A stretch of DNA of 64,000 nt from Botryllus schlosseri (Eukaryota). The DNA is taken from NCBI GenBank assembly GCA_051294905.1, contig CM119378.1, forward strand, positions 19,716,001-19,780,000, read 5' to 3'. The notes beneath the pieces are model-generated. The model had not been told where the DNA came from. It worked only from the letters and a program-made list of their open reading frames with translations, and made no database searches. Positions 11,995 through 24,991 of this stretch are shown in pieces (the stretch's first letter is position 1; the number at the start of each line of letters is the position of its first letter). Made by a program: the position numbers and the translations under genes.

Positions 11995-14287
11995 TACTCT
12001 GGTAGTGAAACGATCTTCGAAATATATCTTTTTTCAATATAGAATTGATGTTTTTCTGTTATCAATATGGATTTGCAATTTATGTGCTTTCAATATGGAG
12101 TTGTCAGTCATAGGTTCAATCACTACACGCTTTTGGCATCCTACACACTGCTTTAGTCCCTAATTTTACCAAAAAACAGCCAAAAATCAATAATTTCTCT
12201 TGTAACTTTTTTTCTGTTCATTTTCAAGACAAAGTTCTGTGGAAGTGAGATAGAAACTTGTTGCTTCCGCATCTTTTAAGCCCAAAATCAGCTTTCTAGC
12301 ATAAGCGGTCATCCATATATAGCGAAATTAGCTATTTTTGGATCGATCGGTGAAATTGCACGACCACTAGAGGGTGCACGAGCCCAAAATTATTATAGAA
12401 ATTATTTTTTTTCGATTTGGCACCATATATCAAGTGTCCGTTTTGAAATTCAAAATTTTCCATTTTTCACTCCACCCTAATAAACATGTCATTGAGAGGT
12501 AAAGACAATGCCGTCTTCAGGGTTAGGGGCTCGGACAGCCCTTTTCAAAATCCCCAAATTGAAGTTACTGTCGCGCCGGCGACCAATATCACTCGCGAAT
12601 TCGATGTACCCGACTCGAAATCTAGGATTGCACGATACGTTGATTGATCAAAGAGAATAGCAGACATGGTGATGCCCATAAATGACAACGTAGTTATCAA
12701 ATATATATACGCACCGTTTTCCTGATCTACGGCGCGAGATGAACTGCCGTGGAATTGACATTCACAATTACAAACAACGCCATAGCTATCCCACGTTCTT
12801 GATTGGTATGTCACTTTGTGACACCAGCGATAAAATATAGGCATGTCGCGCAACGTTATATGTTCTCGCCAAACACTTTCAGAATTGAAAAGTAGATCAG
12901 TATTTAGATTTTCGGAATCAGTGCAACAGGTACATTCAGTTCACATCAGTTATTATAAATTCCAAGCTATTTACGATGAATTGAGGTATCAATGGCGAAG
13001 TTTGGCCCGTCTGTGCCTTACCTATCGCAACGGGCTGTATTTTCGAATAATAAATATGCAAGTCGCCTAATTTTGGGAGGAAAATGTTCAAAATTCAGTC
13101 ATTCATTAGCCAAGAGTGATGTACGGTACATCGGTACCAATAATAATTTAAGGAATCCCATGGCTGGCAGCCTGAGCATGAAATTCAACAGAACCTGCCT
13201 TAGCCAATATAGCAATGCTATTGCACTGGTTCTGAAAATATGTACTAAAATAAGCTAGGGTTCTGGAATCAGATCGGCCAAAATCACCGTCAAAAAGTCA
13301 GAAACTCGGAAATCACGATCAGTAGGCCTACCAAAGGTAATCGGCCATTGTGCTGCAGTGATCAGTCTGTTCAGGAAAATGCTGATTCTGGAATTTGAGG
13401 GGAATTATTGGGGGTTCCAGTGCCCCGACCCAATTGTATTATTCATAATTTCGGAATCATGAATCAACGCAACAGTAGCCTATATATATATAGCTTACGA
13501 TTTAGATCGGTTTTATTCTACTTTACGCTTGAGTGGCAAACTACACGATTACCAGGTACTTTTCCAGATCACAATCCTTACCGTGAGCCCATATCTCATT
13601 CACAAGTTCTAAAACGAGTCAACCCTGTAGGCTTAACCATATCGCCATCGTTGCGGAACCCTAACATCGGTAAACGACTATTGCCGAAATAGTATGTTCC
13701 ATTCAATTGTATCATGGCTATATAGAGATATAGAAATAACAGCTATGTAGTCTACGGCTGACAAATATACAGAAAGCTCATACCGCCAACGGCGCCAAGT
13801 ATACGCAACGAAAGTACAGTGCGTTCGCAACCGCAACATAGAGCAGTGAAAAGCGGTGATCACTGAGCTTCTGCGATGACACAGCGAACAAAGCAGTGGG
13901 ACGAGATTCATTGAAGCGTTACCAGAATCTGATAAGCCACTGAGGCTTCAATCAACAATTTTATTATTATTTTCATCATTTCAAAACACCACAAAACTGT
14001 GATACAATGAAAAGATAGGAAGGTGCCCAAACAACTTGGAGTAGCCTTTAAGATCAGACACCCACCTTGGCCTAGGCCAGGGGCTCTCAAAGGGTGGGCC
14101 ACAGAGCATTTTGAGGTGGGCCACAGAGCTATTTAGAAAATTTCTGGATTAATGGAAGTTTAGTTATATTTCATATGTTATTCGCTAAAAATATATTCGT
14201 ATTATCTAATTATGCGTAGGCAACATAAAGTTTTTCATCCGACTCTGATTAGATGTAGTGGCACGTATGAAGTCAGCATGTACAAAT

Positions 14288-15259
14288 CAGTGTTGGGATC
14301 AAGTCACTACCTTCGAGTCACGAGTCATTTCGAGTCATTGCACATTTTGACACGAGCCAAGTCAAGTCAATAGATTTTTAAGGGTGACTCGAGTCAAGTC
14401 AAGTCACTCGATTTTTGAAGGTGACTCGAGTCAAGTCGAGTCAAGTCAAGTCAAGTCACGAGTCAAGTCACATTTCAAGTCAAGTTGTCTTTTCGAAGTA
14501 TGTATGAGGTATGATTACGTCATTGCAATTTGCTAGCTGTCTGAAATACAGTTTGAGTGGTCATTGATTCCAAACCGATGACCGAATATAGAGCTAAATA
14601 TGCACGCAAGAAGACGCTGTGTAGCACTCACATATACGTAGAACTGTTAAACTACGTAATTTCATAGCCACAGTTTGTAGTTACCAGCCGGAATAGAGAA
14701 TGGAGAAACGAATTGATAAGCTGCAATACATTACCCATTCGCAAATAGATATGATACAATTCGAGCCTGCGTCAAGGGTTGAGGACCAAACGATATTCGA
14801 ATTCTATTCCAATAAAATAATAGGTTTAGTTAAGGTAAGAACAGAGAACGGAAATATACATTTTGCTATTTTGTTACTTTACTACTAGAATTACGCCAAC
14901 GTAAGCTGTAAGCTTCGATCACCTCGTTTGCGGTCAATTTATTTGCGAGAGAACAAACGAGGATCAGTGAAACGCACGGTCATTGAATGATTGGTCGCTC
15001 TCACGGTTTGTACCAGCGTTTCGCGAACAATCCGAACATATGCAACATACAGTGATTTTTATCGACACCGACTACTTGATGACTTGAAATTGACTCGTGC
15101 ATTTTGCTCCGAGTCACGAGTCAATCCACATTTCTGATACGCCTAGTCAAGTCAAGTCAAGTCATTTTAGCAAAGTGACTCGAGTCAAGTCAAGTCAATC
15201 GAAAAAGGTGACTCGAGTCTGACTCGAGTCAAGTCATGACTCGAGTCATCCCAACACTG
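14288..15259. mobile_element. hAT MITE family A (gactcgagtcaagtca-rich), full copy
   Basis: TIRs CAGTGTTGGGAT / ATCCCAACACTG; perfect TSD GTACAAAT. Confidence 0.92.
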
Positions 15260-17705
15260 GTACAAATCGAAAACGTTAGGGAGAAATGGTGGCTTTTTCT
15301 ACTGGCCATGACAACCTACGGCTGACAGCAACTAAAATAATTTCAAGCGTATCATAACTGGAAGATAGTGCTGAAGTGACCAAGTATCCCAGCAGGGTCA
15401 TGAAGTATGCCGTTGAAAGGGGTATGCAATGAACTCGCAATCAAGTGCAGTTGATGTATAGATTCACTGTACTTTGGCAGGCCGTATTAATGTAAGCTAA
15501 AATGGACATAATTGCAAATTATTAGCAACTTCTGGCGGAGGTATACCGCACCACCGCAACGAATATTAATGGATTGAGGACTTTTCGGAGCGCATTAATC
15601 TTTGAAGTCGGTTTAAAGTGTCCGGCCTGGAAATCATTGTACATAATGAAAGAGTCACAAGAATTGATTGTATCATTGGATTGAATATTCTGACATCGCA
15701 ACTTCAGTTGTTTTGGTACAAGACATACAAAGTACATCAGGCATATTGAAAAATCTTCCTTCAAGTCTCTGTAGTACCCCATTATAACCAATGAATTGTT
15801 GGATACTGGCCCAGAATGATTATAATATTCCCCACAATAGTATCACTAAAGTCCCAATCACACCGTGCGGGGATCTGATCATTGTGTTTCGCGACGCCAA
15901 CGGAGCAGCGGACGAAAATAATCTACTTTAGCCTATGATCTACAAGCGCCGTAACTGCCACACCCACACCCCCATTGGGGGGGCTCGAAGGTGGCCAAGA
16001 TTATTTCGTTGGTCGTTTGTTGGAGGAAATTTATTCAATTTCAATTTTTTTTTTCATATTCTGGGAGATCGGGGTTTAAATATCATCAGTTACTGAAAAA
16101 TGCGCATATTTTAGAGAAATAGGCATATCGGCGCTGTCCATACCCAGCAAACATTTGATGGTCCACATATAGCCCACGGACGTACGATCAAAAGTCCCTG
16201 ACCTATCCCCTACACTGTTCACTCGGACTGGAGGTGTTGAATCCCCCCGACGTTCACTCACTGGTCAGTGACCGTCTGGTAAATCATTCCCGGGCCAGTG
16301 GAGGGAGAAAGTTGGAACGAATTTATCTGGCACTGGCAAGACATACCTGGGCAGTGCGCTTCTGCCTCAGCTACCCCTACCATCACCAGGATCTAACTAG
16401 ACGCACCAACTTACAAGATTGATTTTTCGTTTCCGAAACTTATATTAGCATAAAAATATCAACATAAAAAAAAAACTGAAAACAGCAGAAAGCTAACTGT
16501 AACACCACACAGTCATTGACAATATCATTAATCAATCAAAATAAAGAAAGTTGGTCGATGAGAGTGAAAACGAGGCAATACCCGCTGCACACTACACATA
16601 TGCACACTTGCAGACAACAATTCCTCTCGCTGGTAACATCTTCAACTTCATACAGGTAGACGAGTCGGATTGATGATGATGAACGCCTTTACCAAGTATC
16701 TTTGCCATCTCGAGTGCAACGTTGAGACAAGATATTCAGTTTCTTTGCATTTTCTTTCTGAAATATTTACCGAGAAATTAATTCCAGCAAACATGAAATA
16801 ATCCTTCAAAATGCTAGCATATTCGGAATACCTTGATGCAAACATTACAGATTACTTAATATGACATGATGTGCATATGGCAAAGACCATGAATATAACA
16901 GAATCTGTGACTTTGTTAGAACTGTGGATAGAAATCACTCAATACAAAGCATTCAAGACACGAAAAGTGTCACAACTAGAAGCGAATGAGTTGTAATAAA
17001 CTACTTGCCGGTCTTTCTACTGCAGCGGGAGAACCCTAGGGAAGGGTCTCATTGCAAACACTCGAACAGCAAACGGCTGTATACCAGGGAATAGCTGCCA
17101 ACTACTTTACTTGACTAGCATTAAAATAACAACGACAATTATAGTTACACCATATTGTCCAAATCTGATTCGCAGACGGAATTGGATTAGAATTAAAATA
17201 AGGGCACAGAAACATTTCGAAAGTTAGATTAGAATTAGATCAGCCGCATTTCGCTCCAATTAATCTGTAATTGGACAACTGGAATCATCTAGTTCTAGTC
17301 GGTCAAGTCTGCCTCAAGAGACTATTACATTATGCTACTTGACTAGCAGGTGCGTATCCCGGCGGTTCGAAGGTTCAGCCCCCCCCCCCATCATTATTTC
17401 AAGTGTTGTCAATGGTGGCAATCGACTGTGCACAACGGCAGGTGCAGCAAGCAGGCAGAGACTCGACACTTTGATTGTGGCCTTATTGCTGATGGGATGT
17501 TCAAGCCTGTGGTGACGTCGTGTGCAAATTTATCAATGACCAGATTTCACATTCAAATGAATAACAGTATCAGTGGGAGGTCTCGTGCCGCTGCGCAGTC
17601 GATTCTCACGAATTGGCAGCACGCAACACTTGAAATGGGGGGGGGGTTTCGTTTCTACCCCCCTAATAAGGACAAAATTTTAGCAAAATGGTGGTACCGG
17701 TAATC

Positions 17706-18414
17706 CAGGGCTGGCCAACCTTTTCAGCCAAAGGGCCACATTCGATTGACGAACTTTTGCGCGGGCCACTATCCGCGCGAAGCGCGAAAATTTTTGGAAG
17801 TTCATAGGTCAATAATATTGTCACTTGACTATATTGCGGGCCTGCTGTGTATCCCTGAGCTAAGTTTGCGAGGACTGGGCTATTCAGCGCATGGACATAT
17901 CGATATCGAAAGCTGCGACCAACATGCGTCAATCATTTCGTGCCTAGGTCTAGTGGACGGTCTTACTGCGAGCGCAAACGCAAGGTCGCATATGTTGAAC
18001 GACACTTTGTCTCATGATCGCTAATATAGTTCGACTCAATCTGATACTTGGTCATTGGGTGTTCTTCAATTTTCACAAAAATGCAACAATATTAAGAACA
18101 AGAAATCGAGTGACAACATATTGCGCTAAGCTTGTAGAAAATTTTTACCTTTGATAAATCTATCGCAAATTATTCTGCTTTATTGTAGTGTACGAAGATA
18201 TACCAATATATGAATGGTTGATGGATCTGTCAATGCGTCGAAACTGATAGTTTAGTCATCACATCTCAAGTGTTGCGGCCAGACTAATCAAATTTTTGGT
18301 TGGCCTTGCAAGTTCACAATCTGTGCAATCCGTTTTTGATGATATTAGAAATTTCGGAAATTACCTCGCGGGCCACTCAAAACCTTCTCGCGGGCCACGG
18401 GTTGGCCGGCCCTG
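17706..18414. mobile_element. Buster-type hAT MITE
   Basis: TIRs CAGGGCTGGCCAACC / GGTTGGCCGGCCCTG; perfect TSD CGGTAATC. Confidence 0.9.
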
Positions 18415-18692
18415 CGGTAATCTAATCCTCACCTAATTAAGGGGAAGTGTTTATGCTCTTATTATAAAAGTTGGGGAAATTGTGTAGCTATAATTCTAAT
18501 GCTTATCAACTGGAGTAGTATTCCGCATTGGCGGCATTGACAAAATAGATACACCAAGAACCAGTGCATCATAGCAGGGTTCCACACTACCCATAATCTC
18601 AGCCCACCAATGAATATTACAGCAAGCCCCTAAATTAGAGATTGTGTTGAACAATTTAGAGACAGCTTGACATATTCACATGTTCAACTTAC

Positions 18693-18840
18693 GATGATTT
18701 GGTATAGACTCAGTTTACACAGAGCTCTTTTCTTTTCCTTTCTGGCTTTCGGAGAGTATTCGCTCCAAACTCAATCAGTTGCAACTCTTCGGTACAATTT
18801 TCCTTGTGAATGCGACAACAACGGGAGTCATTGGTTTTGC
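18693..18840 (-). pseudogene. DUF4806-like relic exon (CMC accessory gene)
   Basis: AG/GT-bounded; LYRRVATD*VWSEYSPKARKEKKRALCKLSLYQII resembles the recalled DUF4806 pattern; in-frame stops. Confidence 0.4.
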
Positions 18841-19796
18841 CTGGAAAGATATGACAAGTTTTAACATTACGACAATGTCATAAAACCCATGTGGAAAGGC
18901 TTAGGGCCTACTGTATCAGAAAAAACCAAGCGTATTGTAGCGCAGCAAGCACTTGCAAAATTATTACTGAGACAAACAGAGAGATGATGAACACCGAACG
19001 ATCACAAGATACCCTATTCCATGTGTAGTAGAATTGTCTTACGTAATACTACACATGGAATAGGGTAAGACAATTCTTTATTATATACTATTCATTTACT
19101 CAGGCGTGTAGCCTGGGGGGTCAGGGGTCGAAACCAATGTGTGCACAATGTAACGCGACGTCATAACACCCCGCAATTCGTCGCCTCTGGCTGTACTGTA
19201 CAGTACAATATACATCATTCAATAGAACACCGGCATCTCAATTCGCATGAAACGACGACACATGTTTTCTAGATGTTCGGCCACAATAATTTTTTCAAAT
19301 GTGCGAATAGAATTAGAACTACCCAATTTAAAAAAATCCTTAATGGGTAGTTTGTACAGTCTGAATTATGGTGATATACTTTATGAATAAACTACTTTTC
19401 ACACTAAAATTAACGACCACGAAAACGAAATAAACCAACACACAGGTAAAACACGGGTAAATATATGAGTATGGTTACGCAATATAACCATTATCCTCTA
19501 TGCGTATGCATCAGACAATCAATATTGCATCTACCTTGGTCTGTCGATTTTTGTTTTTACATGTGCATGGCGCAACACAGATGCAATGTCGTAGCCCTTT
19601 TCCCAAACAGTTGTATGAATATTGCAACAAGCACCTAAATAGAAAGATAGCATTAAACAAAACATAATAGACAACAAACTAGTTCAACCTACAATATATG
19701 ATCATGTATAAACTCAGTGCACAGCTCTCTTCCCAGTTCAGCCCTTCAATGAGAATTCGCACCAAACTTTATCGGTTGAAACTCTATAGGCTAGAG

Positions 19797-21909
19797 CAGT
19801 GGTTCTCAACCTTTTTAAGCTCGAGGACCAGTAAAATTTCAAAAAATAATCGGCGGACCGGTGGACTTTCAAAAATTGAAATTAACCTAGGTGTAAAGTA
19901 TACCATCGTTTTCTTGCAAGTATATGGTGCTAGAGAGTTATATTTTAGGGTTTTGATCGTATATCTTCAAGATGGCTTATTATGTGGTTTTACGAGAGTG
20001 AGTTTGATAAGTCGAGGTAAAATTGCCTTGCCCAGAGCAACGTGCTACAGCAGAGAGTCGATCACAGTCGTGCCGGAGGCCGCGGATCCGACCACGCTAA
20101 CTCAAATAATATTCTTCTCTTCTACAATATCGAGAGAACAAGTGTTTCTGAGTCGAGCCAAGCACCTTGTCGTGCTACCTTGCTCATTGCCCACTACCAC
20201 CAGACGTAGGCTACTCTGGCCAATACGAATGCAATGCGCCGCACGACAACGGACAACAGCTATACCTGGCCATCCACAAAACTAAGGCCGAAAAAGCACC
20301 TCGTCAGCCCAACCCCAACCCACGTCGGTCTTGGGCCTCTCACAGGGTAATAAATCCAAGACCCCACAGTTGTATGGATGTTTCACCAGTATGTGTGAGC
20401 ACACTCCTTTTACTGAGTGTAGGTAAAAATGTTAACAAAATTGAAGCTACCTAATCGCGCCTAGTGCGAAAATGACTGAATCGGTCAATAATATTGATAA
20501 TTACATGCATATCGCTATAAATTTTATATTCTTTCACGATTCCAAATTGGTATTTCTTCACTGGCAAATAATTTTTCTCTATGGTATGGCATTTGTCATG
20601 CGGGGTATAGATTGCCAGGAAAGCGAGATTAGTCGCCAGTCATTTAGGCGCCTATGTACAATTAAACATATATATCAGGGTTACCATACGTCCTCTTTTA
20701 AGAGGATTTGTCCTCTTTTTTGAAAGTGTCCTCGGAGGACGCCCAAATGTCCTCTTTTTTAAGAAGTTTGGCTAAATATATGGCCAAATAGGCAGTGAAG
20801 TAACGCTCCGCCGGGTATTCCAGGAGCTGGGCCGGCAAGTTGACCATTTTTTTAGTGAACCACCTGATAATGTGAAAGAAAAACCTGTCTTTTGGGCACT
20901 GAGCGAGAACGTTGACCTGTTTTTCAGTCAACCGACTACGATATGGGAAAATTTACCATTTTCAGGATTTTCCTCCGGTTTTGCAAGTCTGAAAATTTTG
21001 AAAAAGTGTCCTCTTTTCAGATTTCTAAAATATGGTAACCCTAATATATATATCGAAGTTTTCGAACAACAAAGGTCAGTCCTTTTCGGTCAAGGTTTTC
21101 CCTTTGCCGAATTTTTGGCACACTTTCACGGAGTCCCATATTAGCCCAAACTTTATTATGTGTTGGCGCGTTGTAGCGCGGTAATGGCTGACTGTGAAAT
21201 ACGTATAAATGCTAAATCATGCGCGTTTCTTGGGGAAGGACACCCAATAATCAAGACATTTGGTGACACCAAATCGCGCAAAGCACGAACAAATTGAAAA
21301 AAGTATTAAAAAAGTACTCTATAATTTATGTTCATTCACATAATAATTTTAGGCCCCTTCAAGCTCGGCTCTGCTCTAATTGGAGATTTGGGGTACGACA
21401 TTTACGTAGGATTACCATATTTTGGGATCGGGAAAGGAGAACACTTTCACCAAATGAGAAAAGTTAGTTGATCGAGACTGAAAACAGCTGGTTTCGCTAT
21501 TTTTGCTGCAAAATTTGGTGAGTTGACTAAAAAAAGGTCATCACTTTCGTATTACCGTCATTGCTATTTAGCGTCATTTATGCCCGTTTTGACTGGAATC
21601 TGTCCATTATCCTAGCTGTAAAAAGGACTGAAACGAAAACGAATGATCGCGGTTTAGCGAGGCAGTTTTTACTTGTCGCTCGCATGTCTTCAAATGACAC
21701 TGCTTGAACTTCAAGTCAAATCAAATATGTTACCTCATGAAGTTCTGAACCAGTTTAAAATTTGATGTGTTAAATATTTTATCAATGGACAAGTCTTCAT
21801 GATATTGCATCATGAAATTGAGGTATAAAATTGGAATATACCTGGCGGACCGGCAGGAAAGTCGTCGCGGACCGGCACCGGTCCGCGGACCGGCGGTTGA
21901 GAACCACTG
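19797..21909. mobile_element. Buster-type hAT non-autonomous element
   Basis: TIRs CAGTGGTTCTCAACC / GGTTGAGAACCACTG; perfect TSD GGCTAGAG; splits a second DUF4806-like exon (21974 to about 19700). Confidence 0.92.
20676..21043. mobile_element. Ac-type hAT MITE (agggttaccata family), innermost nest level
   Basis: TIRs (C)AGGGTTACCATA / TATGGTAACCCTA; TSD ATATATAT; related copies at about 29040-29339 and 46856-47737. Confidence 0.85.
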
Positions 21910-24747
21910 GGCTAGAGCATTCTTCTTACATAGTCATTCATGGTGGACTCCCTGAGGGGATTCATTGCTGATACCTGAAAAATAATTAAAAGTTGACACA
22001 TCTTCATGAATGTGCCATAAAACTCTATAGGCTATAACGACGTTTACCTACATCAGAATACCAAGGATATTTTTTTATGAAAAGCAAGTTATAAGAAATT
22101 ATTACTAGGACGATCAAGGAAACGATAAATAGCAAACGCCCACAAGATATTTATTCTACTTATATCACACAAGACAGAAGTCTGAATTATATCCTAATCA
22201 TTTTCCATACCTCTCGAACGAAGCTTTCCAGTTCTACAACACCCTCAAATGGTTGCGGAATGATACCGTATCTTCAATAAGCATTACTCCAGTTCTGTTC
22301 CGTGGTTTTCATTGGATATTTGGGGCTGGTTGGCAGACTGTATAGTTTCTGCATCAGCAACTTTACGTTCCTCTTACAATCGTTTTTCATGTCTTTTATT
22401 GCGATATACAGCGAGTGGTGATGGATCCGATATTCAACCAGGAACAGCAATCTTGGCCGAAATGCTCCCGCCATTATCCACTCTTGCTTTAGCTAGAGAT
22501 CATTTTCTCTTCACCCAATCTACTTGATATATTTTTACGTGAATTTCTCTTGTAGATATAACTGTAATAGGGCTGGCTAGAATTGAATATCAGTACTTTA
22601 ATAATACAATTCCGAATCCATGCATTAATATCTGCAATATTAGCGAGCACGATTATGAGTAGGTATGTTCAACTCGATCAAATCCTGTCAAAATGCTACC
22701 ATCATATCCATTCCTAGTTCTAAACCACAGAACAGTAGCTCTTACCTCATGTTGATCGAGAAATCAAGTTTGATAGCAATAATAGGACGTACTATATATA
22801 ACAGTATGAAATGAACTCTAAACAACACCGAACATGCGTCATTGCTATAATATGAGGATTCAATAACCAACCAAGCGCATTCTCGCTGTGGGCATAAGCC
22901 ACTTCTGACTAGATAGATAGATAATTATATTTGTGTGTAGCGCTTTACGCTATATACACAGTACGACTATAACACTAACCGTATCATTGACTCACTACGC
23001 TAACTAGAGCCAGTAGTTATAAGCAACCAACGAGGTAAGTGACGCAAAGCAGATTCCCTAATGCTTCTCTCGCCGCTGACAGCAAGTTCGAACTTGCCAG
23101 ACGAAAATTTGAGTCACGTGACTGTGTGCACTGAGACAATGCGCATGTAGGGAAAAACGCTAATGATCTCATCCACGAAGGCCACAACGAGACGATCGTT
23201 AACAATGTTCAGTGATGTTCAACGCAGGAACTTCGGTAAAACACCTTATATGACGGTACAGTACGGTATAGTTTATGACATGCTCGAAATAAAAGTTCGA
23301 AAGAACCATCAACTCCTCAATACCAGCATATAATTCCGATCAAGCCTAATATATAATCCCGATCAAGTCATAAACGAAATACAGATTCATTGTGCGCAGA
23401 CGCCATTTCTGCCGACCGGTTGAGCCCATTTTAGCGAAAAACGCTATAAACGTATCTGACGACGTGAAGCACGCGAAAGGTTCGTCACATATCTTTCGGA
23501 ATTGCGAATGTTCACCGCAGGAACAAACAGTAACGCGACAGCTGAAAAGGCATAGAAATCGTAACGCCTAAAAGCTTGAAATGAAGGCCCGACATGGAAT
23601 ATATTGACCATTCAATGCCAACATGCATAATGCGGTTATACGCCACCACGTCGCTGAAGAATCAAGTCAAGTGACGATTTTCTTTCAAACTATATTCTTG
23701 AAATATTTTGAAAGGATGAAATATGTGCACTTATCAGCACAGGAACTTGAGATGTTGGCTTTTTAGCTGAAACAACGTGTAAATATCCGCACACTGTCAG
23801 AATGTAATATCCATCGGACATTCGACTTGGAATTTCAGTGGACTCTCCTAAATGTTGGTTCGGAGGTATGTTCTTGGATATCCGAGAAGGACAGTACCAA
23901 ATCTGGATAGCCTAGTATATGCCCCCGCATGTCCAAGCGGACACTCAGACACTCGGACACTTCTCGGACCCAACTCGGATAGCCCACGACAATTGGGTGT
24001 TTGCTGGGTAACCACGCATTAAACAGGATTATGACTCTAAGATATCAGGTGGGCCACAGCACATTTTTAAACCGGAAAATGGGCCACGGCCAAAAAAGGG
24101 CTGAGAACCCCTGGCCTAGGCGAAGTAAAGAAGAGGCATGCACAATGCACTATTAGTGAATATTAGTCCATCCTCAACATTACCGGACCATGACTGACCT
24201 ATAGATCTCGCCTTCCATGACATGCCACCCCATTTCTTGCTACTTGCCTTTTTCTATACTATCCTTTTACTTTTCATTCAGTGTACATGCCTCCTCTTCA
24301 CATCGCCTAGGCCAAGGTGGGTGTCTGATTCAGTAGACTGCTCCAAGTCGCTTCGACACTTTCCTATCTTTTCATTGTAGTATATCGCATTTTGTGGTGT
24401 ATTGAACCGATAAAATTGCTAATAAACCAATGATGCATTGCACATGAATGAAAAGTAATGCAGAGAATATAAGACGCAAGCAAGAGCAAGTGGCTTATCA
24501 AACTGACTGTCGCGAATCGCGATACCGTGATGGTCGTATAGGAAATTTAAGGGTTTGCATCAATTATTCCAATTTTACCCGATAATGTTAGAATTGTACT
24601 ACTCACATTCATTTCTGGTTCGAACTGTCTGTCCTTACGAAGTAGTTCGATCTGAAAAAGAAATTTGGACTCAAAAGCTGACAAATTTTTTCATGAAAAA
24701 ACTTAATTTTAACGAAATCTAGCCCTATGAAGAATTCCAGTAGTTGC

Positions 24748-24900
24748 GGGGGAGGTAGCGTAGTGGTAACGATAAGCGCCCACCAATCTGTCGGATCCAG
24801 TTCGATTCCCGTCGGAGGTTTCTCTGGGCTCCTCTTCCCCCGCCGTTGCCGTTCTTACGGCGACAAAAAAGCCCAGAAAAAGACCCAACGAAATAAAGTA
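24748..24900 (+). mobile_element. tRNA-derived SINE
   Basis: Pol III A box TAGCGTAGTGG (24756-24766) and B-box-like AGTTCGATTCC (24799-24809), followed by a non-tRNA body and an A-rich tail; no intact cloverleaf was found. Confidence 0.6.
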
Positions 24901-24991
24901 CTCACAAGGAATGAAAAAAAAACTAATAGAAAGGGTCACGGCTTCAAAAGGATAAATATCGAAAAGAACTGTGACATCGGGCATTCTAGGC

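Larger units (their letters stand above)
10111..12479. mobile_element. Foldback element made of two inverted hATm-like right ends (arms 10111-11060 and 11552-12479)
   Basis: Termini TAGGGTGGAG...CTCCACCCTA; perfect 8-bp TSD ATAAACAT (10103-10110, 12480-12487); about 0.93-0.95 kb imperfect inverted arms, each carrying a transposase C-terminus. Confidence 0.85.
16143..24008 (-). mobile_element. Decayed CMC (EnSpm/CACTA-like) element with nested insertions
   Basis: 11-bp TIRs CCCAGCAAACA / TGTTTGCTGGG (fit the CMC consensus CMCWR), flanked by TA on both sides, with subterminal ggac/gtcc repeats and DUF4806-like relic exons inside. Confidence 0.6.
14078..24113. mobile_element. Buster-type hAT non-autonomous element expanded to 10 kb by nested insertions
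   Basis: TIRs CAGGGGCTCTCA / TGAGAACCCCTG; perfect TSD GCCTAGGC; gggccac subterminal motifs at both ends. Confidence 0.82.
13920..24505. mobile_element. Outermost foldback-type MITE, split by a 10 kb nested insertion
   Basis: The left arm (about 13920-14077 plus 24114-24155) is the reverse complement of the right arm (about 24275-24505). A related copy lies at about 35030-35130. Ends are approximate and no TSD was found. Confidence 0.6.

Noticed and set aside
12545-12853. 102-aa minus-strand ORF with a hydrophobic segment
   Set aside because: No strong splice sites and no family recognised; could be chance.
14330-14480. gactcgagtcaagtca arrays as a CRISPR-like or satellite array
   Set aside because: They are subterminal repeats of hAT MITE family A, bounded by TIRs and TSDs, with no unique spacers.
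19698-20285. 195-aa ORF as a gene
   Set aside because: It runs across a MITE junction and lies inside repeat 19797-21909; the translation is not protein-like. The same applies to most other ORF-track entries within repeats.
24748-24820. Functional tRNA gene
   Set aside because: A and B boxes are present but no convincing acceptor or anticodon stems were found; a SINE-like body follows.
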